Below are positions 1-7,609 of a DNA stretch of 64,000 nt, one piece after another. Where the stretch lies: the IMG/VR virus record IMGVR_UViG_3300009370_000007, positions 1 through 64,000 of that record. The stretch is one strand, 5' to 3'. The number at the start of each line of letters is the position of its first letter. Position 1 is the first letter of the stretch. A program made the position numbers and the translations under genes. This DNA comes from a virus. The notes under the pieces are model-generated. The model saw nothing but the letters and a program-made list of their open reading frames with translations. It was not told the origin of the DNA and ran no database searches.

Positions 1-368
1 GGAACCACGGTGATAGTTCCCGTCTCAAGAAACTTCTTCATCGCGGCAGAATCGTTGTTGGAGTTGGAAAGGCGCAGCGTGTGATCGCTGGCAGTCTCGC
101 TGCGCCGAGTGGCGCGGCGCGAGAAGACCGGAGCGGCGAAGGACTCGCGCTCGCCGGTCGCGTCTTTGAAGGAAGACCACGGGGATCGCTTCGCGAGAGC
201 GTCAACGCTCGCCTTGCGATGGGCAGTCAATTCGTCCGCAGACAGAAAACGCTCGCGGGATGCATGAAGCATCGCGCGAGCGTCGTCAAGGGATACGCCC
301 GGAAGGGCAGAACGGATCTCGTCCAGATCCGTCCAAGTAGCTGTTTTTATTGAGTTTTTCTGTGCCAT
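1..368 (-). CDS. Hypothetical protein (partial, runs off the window); GC-rich, possibly an early gene
   Basis: Not in the ORF track. ATG at 368 with an upstream GAGAAGGA RBS; the frame is open to base 1 (MAQKNSIKTATWTDLDEIRSALPG...). A TG-C-TATGCT extended -10-like motif lies near 401-409. Confidence 0.6.
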   Translation of the reverse strand, partial: MAQKNSIKTATWTDLDEIRSALPGVSLDDARAMLHASRERFLSADELTAHRKASVDALAKRSPWSSFKDATGERESFAAPVFSRRATRRSETASDHTLRLSNSNNDSAAMKKFLETGTITVV

Positions 369-446
369 AAATCTAAGTCCTTCTCTCACCTAGGAACCAA
401 AGCATAGCACAGCTTGGAGGAGGATGCTCCCCCCCGGGAATCTGTA

Positions 447-601
447 GGCGAATACAGGGGCACTAGAAAAGATAACACATAAATGTAAGACTTTCCCCTT
501 TAAAATCAGGGACTTAGAAGGAAATCTTAAGGGCGAACACAGGGGCACTAGAAAAAATAAATTGGGGGAATCTGGGTTTCCCCTTTAGAATCAAGGGGTT
601 A
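447..601. repeat. Imperfect tandem duplication with 85-bp period
   Basis: GGCGAA(T/C)ACAGGGGCACTAGAAAA at 447 and 532; TTTCCCCTTTA(A/G)AATCA.GG...TTA at 492 and 577. Confidence 0.85.
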
Positions 602-793
602 CAGCGTTTTTAAGAGAGGGACACGCGATTGCCTGGGTTCTCGCCGGGGGGCGGAGACAGGAATGGTGCCCTTCGTGAAATTGAATATCTATGTTGAAGT
701 TATATTGAAGAACTAAAGAAAAGTTTTTTCAGGGATACCCCTTGAAAAATCTGAACCATCATACTATATAAGAGTGTCTACTTTAGAATACCT

Positions 794-988
794 CTAGAGG
801 CCAGAGTCTTTATTCTCTTCAGAATACTTCTTATACTGGTTCTTGGAATGTCTCTTGTGTCGGTGTTTCATTCTGACCCATTCTTTTCGATCATATTTTA
901 TAGATTTATGATTACTATATTCTTTATTGATTATCAATACCGTACATAACGATCCCAGCAATCCAGCAAAAGTCCATGCAAGTGTCAT
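794..988 (-). CDS. Small membrane-anchored basic hypothetical protein
   Basis: AAGGAGG RBS, N-terminal hydrophobic helix, K/R/H-rich tail; ACTAAATA late-promoter variant at 1038-1045. Confidence 0.6.
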   Translation of the reverse strand: MTLAWTFAGLLGSLCTVLIINKEYSNHKSIKYDRKEWVRMKHRHKRHSKNQYKKYSEENKDSGL

Positions 989-1045
989 GGCTTTATCCTC
1001 CTTTTATTTCAAAAAACTATCACGATCTATACCTAAGTATTTAGT

Positions 1046-1642
1046 CTAACTATCCCCTCTGGTGATTGCCATGATTCTCTTAATCTGCCTCTCTACAATT
1101 GGCTTACGGTTAGGCCAGTAGATATATTTCTTCTCTAGAGACTCTGGTTTAATCAAATTAATTAGCAATGGTATAATCAACTTTTCAACATCCTTGAGCT
1201 TCTCATCTACGGCAGCCTCCCTACCTTCGATTGCTTCGGCGAGTCTTCGTTCCACTTCTGCCTTGCGCTTCTCTGGATCTCCGATTGCTGCCATGATCTT
1301 GTCGAGCTTTTCTTTGGTTTCGGCTGACTCTTCGACTACGGCATTTACCTCTGCGGGCGCTGCTGATTGTACACTATCCACATGATCTAGAATCTGATCT
1401 AACTTAGACTCGATATTCAATTCATCAAAATCGAGTAGTGCATTGATACCATTAACTCCGCTAATGATCTTATCAATCTTAGTCTCTAGATTGGAAATAC
1501 CTTGGACGTTAGATTCTAGAACTTCAGTCGCCTGAGATGGAGCAACAACTTTATCGCTCAACTCCTCGGCGCTAACTGCCTCCATCCCAAAGTCTTCTTC
1601 CTCAAACCCTTTTAGAAAATCTTCGTAGTCTTCTTGTGCCAT
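1046..1642 (-). CDS. Acidic coiled-coil hypothetical phage protein
   Basis: 198-aa ORF tightly coupled to the upstream gene; C-terminal LIIPLL..L......YIYWPNR segment. Confidence 0.7.
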   Translation of the reverse strand: MAQEDYEDFLKGFEEEDFGMEAVSAEELSDKVVAPSQATEVLESNVQGISNLETKIDKIISGVNGINALLDFDELNIESKLDQILDHVDSVQSAAPAEVNAVVEESAETKEKLDKIMAAIGDPEKRKAEVERRLAEAIEGREAAVDEKLKDVEKLIIPLLINLIKPESLEKKYIYWPNRKPIVERQIKRIMAITRGDS

Positions 1643-1643
1643 T

Positions 1644-2390
1644 TTACTTTACCTTTGCGTATGGTGCCCGCACATCTAAGTCTCCCTTTGCAAGAAGGTC
1701 TGCCGCCTGTGTATGCTGTGCCTTATCTGCATCAATGACAGGCATATCAGCTCGGGGTGGGGCTCCTTTAGGTGGGGTAGATCGTTGAATCTTTTTTAGT
1801 CTCGTTTCTAATTCAACTCGACCACCAATGTTTATTAACCATTGTGTTGCCTTTGCTTTATTATAGAACTTTGAGTTCATGTTCTTTCCAGTAAGAACTG
1901 CATCAACAGCATCTTCTATGGTTGCCTTGAAGATGTTTACATCTCCTCCTGCTGGAGTCCCACGACGCTTGTTACCAAACACGTCTCCCAATGCGCGAAG
2001 CACAGGAACCAGATCACCAATCTTTAACTTGGCCTCAATTCCAGAGATCGTTGCCTTGGGGTCATTGAATATCGTTGCTGCCCAACGATGATGTCCATCA
2101 AGAATTCTTTTATCTTTTGAAACAATGGCTCCAAGGTCGCCGCCTTTGACACCATTGATTGCCATGCCTAACGCCTTGCCGAGATAAACCGAATCTTGCG
2201 ATGCTTTAAGGTTTGTCGCCTTCCAAGTCTTTGGGGTCGCCTGTACAATATCATCCGTCTCATTACCATCCATTTTTCCTTTTCTTGTAAATATCTTTTT
2301 CAATATATCAGTTATTGGATTAGGGAAATATTTTTTATTTATTTCCTTAGTCCGTAGCTCTTCATTTAAATGATGCTTAAAACTTTTCAT
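1644..2390 (-). CDS. Putative internal head protein with ParB/Srx-like domain
   Basis: N-terminal MKSFKHHLNE capsid-targeting-like peptide; IVSKDKRILDGHHRWAA ParB-type motif; own TATAAATA promoter. Confidence 0.7.
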   Translation of the reverse strand: MKSFKHHLNEELRTKEINKKYFPNPITDILKKIFTRKGKMDGNETDDIVQATPKTWKATNLKASQDSVYLGKALGMAINGVKGGDLGAIVSKDKRILDGHHRWAATIFNDPKATISGIEAKLKIGDLVPVLRALGDVFGNKRRGTPAGGDVNIFKATIEDAVDAVLTGKNMNSKFYNKAKATQWLINIGGRVELETRLKKIQRSTPPKGAPPRADMPVIDADKAQHTQAADLLAKGDLDVRAPYAKVK

Positions 2391-2421
2391 GCTATCCCTC
2401 TAAGTAAAGGTTCTACAACAT

Positions 2422-2429
2422 TATTTATA
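2422..2429 (-). promoter_or_regulatory. T4-type late promoter TATAAATA
   Basis: Exact gp55 consensus in the intergenic gap upstream of the ParB-like gene. Confidence 0.75.
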
Positions 2430-2435
2430 TTATAA

Positions 2436-2777
2436 TTAATCCACAATCTTTAATACTGTATCAATCAACCATCCTACCAAACCTGCCAACACAACCACCA
2501 TAGAAAGGATGGTATATACCTTTGATTTGAATTGGTCAAATTCGTGTTTAAGTTCTTCTGTATCCACTCGCTTGGCTTTTAATGTATGCAGATTATTCAG
2601 GCTCTCTCGCATATCAATCACGTCTTGTTTTGTGACCGAGGACATTCCGCTGTTATCAACAATCATTCTCAGGTTCCTAAAGTCATGGCGCAACTCTTTC
2701 AGTTCTTGTTCAAGTGCCCCGAACTCTCTGTCTGTAATAGACCAAGGCCATCTATTTTCCTGTTCTTCTTTTGCCAT
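2436..2777 (-). CDS. Coiled-coil protein with C-terminal transmembrane helix
   Basis: Heptad-like N-terminal part followed by VYTILSMVVVLAGLVGWLI. Confidence 0.65.
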   Translation of the reverse strand: MAKEEQENRWPWSITDREFGALEQELKELRHDFRNLRMIVDNSGMSSVTKQDVIDMRESLNNLHTLKAKRVDTEELKHEFDQFKSKVYTILSMVVVLAGLVGWLIDTVLKIVD

Positions 2778-2784
2778 TGAATTA

Positions 2785-3054
2785 TTACTCTGGGTTGGTT
2801 GGTCGTTGATTCTCTTCTTCTAGAATATCAGAGATTCGTTGCTCGTATGAATCTCCCCATAACTTCCGTTCAAATACCTGTTGCTGGTTCAGTTGTTCTA
2901 CAATAGTAGTCAGCTTGTCCGTGTTCTCATGGGAGTCTTCTGCCCGGAACACCCAATGGGATACACCAACAATAATTCCAATGAACGTCGCTGCCGTAAT
3001 GATGGAAGTCATAATCCGCATCGGGCTAATTTTCAATTCAACTGTCTTTTCCAT
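2785..3054 (-). CDS. Single-TM hypothetical protein
   Basis: Likely start MEKTVELK at 3054 (GAGGA RBS); hydrophobic helix IMTSIITAATFIGIIVGVS. Confidence 0.6.
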   Translation of the reverse strand: MEKTVELKISPMRIMTSIITAATFIGIIVGVSHWVFRAEDSHENTDKLTTIVEQLNQQQVFERKLWGDSYEQRISDILEEENQRPTNPE

Positions 3055-3064
3055 TTTGTCCTCT

Positions 3065-3226
3065 CTATTCATCCACTTCAGATATATGTTTTGCCCAATC
3101 GTCCCCATACTTCTCTTTCAATTCTTTAATAATTTCATGAAGTGCATTTCCCATTTCCTTTGGTGTGACCTCAACATTATCCTCATCGCCATAAATTTCT
3201 TGTAATGGTTGTTTCTTAGTCGTCAT
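3065..3226 (-). CDS. Small hypothetical protein (53 aa)
   Basis: Below the ORF-track cutoff; MTTKKQPLQEIYGDE...EVDE*, GAGGA RBS, fills the operon gap. Confidence 0.5.
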   Translation of the reverse strand: MTTKKQPLQEIYGDEDNVEVTPKEMGNALHEIIKELKEKYGDDWAKHISEVDE

Positions 3227-3383
3227 AATTTAAATCCTCTTCTGTTATTTCTAAAATATCTTCTTCCTCAATACCAAGACCTTCGACCATGCTATCCCTT
3301 ACAAATACCGGAAGATCCTTTTGATCTTGGATTGAACTCTCAATGACTTCATGTGGAAATTTTGATTTAGACTTCTTTCCCAT
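3216..3383 (-). CDS. Small acidic hypothetical protein (55 aa)
   Basis: Below the ORF-track cutoff; MGKKSKSKFPHEVIESS...LNYDD*, overlaps both neighbours as in a coupled operon. Confidence 0.45.
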   Translation of the reverse strand: MGKKSKSKFPHEVIESSIQDQKDLPVFVRDSMVEGLGIEEEDILEITEEDLNYDD

Positions 3384-3624
3384 TTGATAATACATCCATA
3401 ATTGATCTATTAATAGACTCCTTTGTAGTTACTACTTGCTCTACAAATAAAGTTTCGCCATTTCTAATTCTTTTCATATCATTAATGAAATTTTGAGTAA
3501 TCGGTTTTCCATCAGTTCCCTTTTGACTCATTTCGATTTTGGTCTGATCTTCTTCTGTAATGCGTTCTTTATTGACAGGCTCTTCACCCTGCATCATTCT
3601 ATATGTATCGGTCAAACTTGCCAT
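3367..3624 (-). CDS. Hypothetical protein
   Basis: 85-aa ORF with AGGAG RBS, coupled to the upstream stop. Confidence 0.6.
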   Translation of the reverse strand: MASLTDTYRMMQGEEPVNKERITEEDQTKIEMSQKGTDGKPITQNFINDMKRIRNGETLFVEQVVTTKESINRSIMDVLSNGKEV

Positions 3625-3625
3625 A

Positions 3626-4135
3626 TTACTCTTCTCCTATTTCTGGTGGTGTTACTTCTGGTTGTCTCAGTCTAGGTTCTCTACGATTATAATGTTGAGT
3701 TACAATAGAAAGATTTTTTCTGTCATTATTTAATGGATTGTTGTCCTTATGGTGGACATCCTTTCCATTAATTTCATCATTGCTTTTAACCTTCTTCTTC
3801 ATAATCCTTCTTGCCGAGTTTCTCGCAGACCTTCTTTCTATCTGGTCAGGCCGCGAATGATAATTCGCATATTCTCTTTTATAATCTCGCTCTGATAAAT
3901 TCTTTACGCGAGACAGAGTAATCTCATGCTGATGTTCTGGATACATTCCTTCAAGTATCTTAGATCCAGACTCAATGGCTTCATCCTGAGAATCTTCAAA
4001 TACAATAAAGAATCCTTTATATCTCTCATCCTCTTCTGAAAATACATCGAATGCAATCTTCCATGCAGACTCTTGCTTGTTGGATGTTTCTTCTTCTTCT
4101 TGAATATTCTTTATAAGTTGTTTAAATGATTTCAT
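3626..4135 (-). CDS. Putative internal head protein with C-terminal HNH nuclease-like domain
   Basis: MKSFKQLIKNIQE N-terminus; RDYKREY...R..RN.AR...GKDVHHKDNNPLNN...NL motif follows an LSE linker. Confidence 0.7.
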   Translation of the reverse strand: MKSFKQLIKNIQEEEETSNKQESAWKIAFDVFSEEDERYKGFFIVFEDSQDEAIESGSKILEGMYPEHQHEITLSRVKNLSERDYKREYANYHSRPDQIERRSARNSARRIMKKKVKSNDEINGKDVHHKDNNPLNNDRKNLSIVTQHYNRREPRLRQPEVTPPEIGEE

Positions 4136-4746
4136 TAGTTTGGACTCCCTACCATAATCTTCAAATGGTTACTTCCTCCTAGATTGCGCTCATACCATCC
4201 AACGTAATCTGGATACTTCCCGTTTGGATTTGCCCCTACCCATGTTAACTTCTTTCCGGGGAGGAGTTGTCTTACCTTCTCTTCGCTATTGACGTAGGGG
4301 ATCTTGTACTTTTTAATTAAAACATGGGCGATGGCATCGGAGACTTCAGCATAATTTCCCTTTGTTCTCAGTATCTTATTAGTTTTATTTAACATAATCT
4401 TCTTTGCTGCTGCCGATCCATCGGTTGCGCTCCCTGTAAACTTCAGGCCTCCCGGTCCTCCCTTTGCAAACTTGACTGCATCTATCTCAGGATCTTTGTC
4501 AATATCCACAACGAGCCATTGAGTAAAGTCCGAAGGAATATCAGATACTTTATTAAAATCAAGATGTCCACCAATGGGTTCATAGGTCTTCTGGATCAAA
4601 TCAAAAATATCCTTTGTTACGTCGGTGTCTGGATTGTGTAATATATGTAGGGGCGCACGAAACCATTTGCGTTTCGTTCCTTTGGTTATCGTGGGAACAG
4701 ATAGATCGCGCTTCTCTGCGATGAGGTATTGGTTAAAGGATTTCAT
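4135..4746 (-). CDS. Putative internal head protein
   Basis: MKSFNQYLIAE N-terminus, close to the T4 IP targeting peptide MKTYQEFIAE. Confidence 0.7.
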   Translation of the reverse strand: MKSFNQYLIAEKRDLSVPTITKGTKRKWFRAPLHILHNPDTDVTKDIFDLIQKTYEPIGGHLDFNKVSDIPSDFTQWLVVDIDKDPEIDAVKFAKGGPGGLKFTGSATDGSAAAKKIMLNKTNKILRTKGNYAEVSDAIAHVLIKKYKIPYVNSEEKVRQLLPGKKLTWVGANPNGKYPDYVGWYERNLGGSNHLKIMVGSPN

Positions 4747-5426
4747 TTCTTTTTGCTCTTCTCTTTTTGTTTCCTATGGGCATCCCGAGATACCTGCTTT
4801 GGATCATCGGAGATGATGTTCCCAAAGTTGCCTCGGAGCTTTAGAGTATCCTGCATGGATCTTTTTGGACTTGGAAGATTTGCACCAGAGGTCAACTTGG
4901 AAACATACTTCTCTGCTTCTGCCTTGTTTCTCATGGGAGCAGAGATGCTCATCCAGCCTACCCCCCCTAATGCATACCACTTCTTGTCCACAGGATTCTG
5001 GGCAATGATGACGCTGTGTCTTTCTTTGCGTCCGGCCTTGACAGTCTTGAAGGATGCCTTTGTGGTTTCCCCTTTTTTCTGAAGGGCAACCGAATCACCC
5101 TCCACAATGGGTCTTCCCTTCTTCTTCTGGAATGCCACATACTCTTTATAGTATGGATAACTCTTGGGTTCGTTGGCACGTTTCTTTTCTTTGGCTTGCA
5201 ATACAATACATTTAAACCATGCTTCCTGTGACGTGTATACTCCAGCCGCTCCCATCCTCTTGGCAGCACCAGCATCTACGCGAAATTTTCCATTCTCATC
5301 AGCAACTCTTCTCTGAAGTGAAAATCCACGCCTTCCTTGCTTGGCAACCCAATAGACATTGCCGGGTTTTCTCTTCTCCCCAGTAGGCTCTGCCGTTTCA
5401 TTTATATATTGGTTAAATGATTTCAT
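4743..5426 (-). CDS. Putative internal head protein (two basic modules)
   Basis: True start is probably MKSFNQYINE at 5426 (ATGA overlap with the upstream stop); internal IVE|G linker. Confidence 0.7.
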   Translation of the reverse strand: MKSFNQYINETAEPTGEKRKPGNVYWVAKQGRRGFSLQRRVADENGKFRVDAGAAKRMGAAGVYTSQEAWFKCIVLQAKEKKRANEPKSYPYYKEYVAFQKKKGRPIVEGDSVALQKKGETTKASFKTVKAGRKERHSVIIAQNPVDKKWYALGGVGWMSISAPMRNKAEAEKYVSKLTSGANLPSPKRSMQDTLKLRGNFGNIISDDPKQVSRDAHRKQKEKSKKK

Positions 5427-6274
5427 TTTGTCTCCCATACTGTTTCGTCGCGCATCTTCAATGCCTGTAGGGTTCGAGATTTTTTCTCTCCCCCCTTGGG
5501 GTTCCAGATCCGAATCACCAAATCTTTATTATCGTTCTTGCCCCCGGCAACCCAATCCATGATACCCAAAGAAGTTTCATTTCTATCCCACCCTTCGCCT
5601 GTTACTACTTCTTGATGAATGGCATTGTCGGCATCCCAGATTAAGAGCTTCCCTACCTTATCCACGATGAAGCGAGCCTGCTTCCATCTGATCTTTTTTA
5701 AAAACCCTAACGTCTCCCCGGCACTTGGATTCTCCAATCCAGTAATGCTCTCTTTCTTATGGGCACCTTTGTATGGAAGGGAGACGAACAGGGGAACCTT
5801 CTTTTCTTCAAGGCTTTCATTCCTCTTCCTTGAAAACACAAAATGCACCTCGTCACTCTTGTCAAGTTCTCTTGTGTTATATCCATTCTTTCTCGCAAAC
5901 ACCTTTGCAAACCGAGAGTAGAGTTTGGTTCGACTTCCGGCTCCATCCTTTTCTGTCTTGTCGGCAGTAAAGGAAAACAGATTGGGGCTCACCTCTTTGA
6001 CGAATACCTCAAGCAACTTGGCGACTGTTGAAAAGACTCGGACGGCACTCGTCCCCTGTGTTCCGGTGATTCCCATATCGTTACCTGTCTGAGATGCATG
6101 AAATATAATTTCCCAACCAATGCTCACCTTCAATGCCTCAAAGTGATACGTCTGTTTATTGTCCGTGACAAACGAGGCATTCCACACCTTATCCTCAATG
6201 AAGCGATTTCGTTTCCATCGGTATGGCTGGTTGCCTACTTCTTGGAGTTGTATGTATTGCACGAAGGATTTCAT
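5423..6274 (-). CDS. Putative internal head protein (two modules)
   Basis: MKSFVQYIQLQE N-terminus; internal NESLEE|K linker. Confidence 0.7.
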   Translation of the reverse strand: MKSFVQYIQLQEVGNQPYRWKRNRFIEDKVWNASFVTDNKQTYHFEALKVSIGWEIIFHASQTGNDMGITGTQGTSAVRVFSTVAKLLEVFVKEVSPNLFSFTADKTEKDGAGSRTKLYSRFAKVFARKNGYNTRELDKSDEVHFVFSRKRNESLEEKKVPLFVSLPYKGAHKKESITGLENPSAGETLGFLKKIRWKQARFIVDKVGKLLIWDADNAIHQEVVTGEGWDRNETSLGIMDWVAGGKNDNKDLVIRIWNPKGGEKKSRTLQALKMRDETVWETK

Positions 6275-6276
6275 GT

Positions 6277-6756
6277 CTACCTCTCGGTGAAGTCAACCGT
6301 TGCATTTTTCTTCTGCATATCTGCAATGAATTCACCAATAGACTTCTTGTCTGCAAGGGCAGATTTATTGTAACTCTGGATGTCAACCTCAACCTTGTAT
6401 CTCTTGTCTGTCTTGTGCTTGATCTTTGCCTTCTTGAGTTCCTTCACCAAGTCCCTTGCATAGGCCACGCCCCATCGTTGTGAATGGGAATCGCCAATGT
6501 CCATCAACCGTTCCCATACAAATTCTTCGGTATCCTCAGATTGTCGTTTCGCTGCCACAGGATCTTCGTCATAGAAGTATTCGTATACAGCATCGAAGAA
6601 TTGAACATTCCTTCTGTCGGAGAGTTCCGCTCCAGCCATGACTCTTGCATACTCCTTGGGAAACTTGTCGAGGATTGCCTGGAGCTTTGGGTTAATCCCT
6701 CCGAGGAAGTTTATTCTGAGGTCTTCGTTAATGAGATATTGACTAAAGGTTTTCAT
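6277..6756 (-). CDS. Putative internal head protein sharing a domain with the 1244-aa polyprotein
   Basis: True start is probably MKTFSQYLINE at 6756 (GGAGG RBS); the C-terminal GDSHSQRWG...VDFTER domain is paralogous to 10445-10660. Confidence 0.7.
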   Translation of the reverse strand: MKTFSQYLINEDLRINFLGGINPKLQAILDKFPKEYARVMAGAELSDRRNVQFFDAVYEYFYDEDPVAAKRQSEDTEEFVWERLMDIGDSHSQRWGVAYARDLVKELKKAKIKHKTDKRYKVEVDIQSYNKSALADKKSIGEFIADMQKKNATVDFTER

Positions 6757-6758
6757 TA

Positions 6759-7241
6759 CTATATTCCTCCCAACTCTTTCTCTGCGGCAGGATTCACTAC
6801 TTTGGCTTGAATCTTCGCCCACTTCTGAGCTTCTGCCTTGCTCTTGAATCCATTGGAGACGGGCATCCACTTGTTTTTTCCGACATGACCCATTGCATAC
6901 CACTTCTTGTCATGTGGATTCTTCTCTACGATATACTTTGTGCCAGACCATCCTTCTAGCTGAAAGTCGCGTTGGGTCTGTCCCTTATGATGAAGTTTAT
7001 TTACCTCCATATGTTTGAATGCCGCCTTGGCTTCTCTGTCGCCCTTCTTGGCTCTCTTTGCAATTTCCCTAGAAACCAAGTCGCGAGTCTTGGCCCACTT
7101 CTTGTCTGTCTTGACAAGTTTTTGCCCTGACTGTTGAGTGTTGAGCCATACGAACATTGGTTCAAGATCCTTGGTTGTCTGCCGTGCAACGTCTCTAGGA
7201 TTTGACATATCTTCAAGTATGAATTGGTAAAACGATTTCAT
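6759..7241 (-). CDS. Putative internal head protein
   Basis: MKSFYQFILE N-terminus; FQLE|G linker followed by an NP.DKKWYA.G module shared with the 4743-5426 gene. Confidence 0.7.
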   Translation of the reverse strand: MKSFYQFILEDMSNPRDVARQTTKDLEPMFVWLNTQQSGQKLVKTDKKWAKTRDLVSREIAKRAKKGDREAKAAFKHMEVNKLHHKGQTQRDFQLEGWSGTKYIVEKNPHDKKWYAMGHVGKNKWMPVSNGFKSKAEAQKWAKIQAKVVNPAAEKELGGI

Positions 7242-7262
7242 TGATTGTTTCTTTCTTTCTTT

Positions 7263-7604
7263 TTATGGACTATGTGGTGGCTCGCCCTTTTTTAATGAGC
7301 GAAGATCCCTCTTTGCCTGACTATATTCTTTTCTTGCTTTTTTATATTGGCGTCGTAGTTCTCTTCTTTCGTCCACTAAATTCCTTCCATGCATACTATA
7401 TGCAAAAACTCCTTTTCCGCCTTGTTCTCTTGGAGTGAGCAGCGTTTGTATTTCATTCTGTCTTTGTTGTATGTTTGCAATTGAAGTTCTTATGCCTTCT
7501 AGGTTTCTTTCCTTGGCTTCAACCTTCTTTTGTTGAGTTGGGGAAAGTTTTTTCTTTCTGCCAAACAATTCATCAACTTGTTGATACTCTGTAAATGATT
7601 TCAT
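7263..7604 (-). CDS. Putative internal head protein (basic, helical)
   Basis: MKSFTEYQQVDE N-terminus; K/R-rich. Confidence 0.65.
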   Translation of the reverse strand: MKSFTEYQQVDELFGRKKKLSPTQQKKVEAKERNLEGIRTSIANIQQRQNEIQTLLTPREQGGKGVFAYSMHGRNLVDERRELRRQYKKARKEYSQAKRDLRSLKKGEPPHSP

Positions 7605-7609
7605 TGTCC

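Noticed and set aside
81-353. Plus-strand 90-aa ORF, and the many other plus-strand ORFs in the track
   Set aside because: These are antisense shadows of well-supported minus-strand genes, with no RBS or recognisable motifs.
447-601. Possible mini-CRISPR array
   Set aside because: Only two units, the intervening sequences are themselves similar, and there are no cas genes; this is a tandem duplication.
742-770. Plus-strand TTGAAA-17-TATATA sigma70-like promoter
   Set aside because: The -10 lacks the conserved final T and would point antisense into late genes; likely chance in AT-rich DNA.
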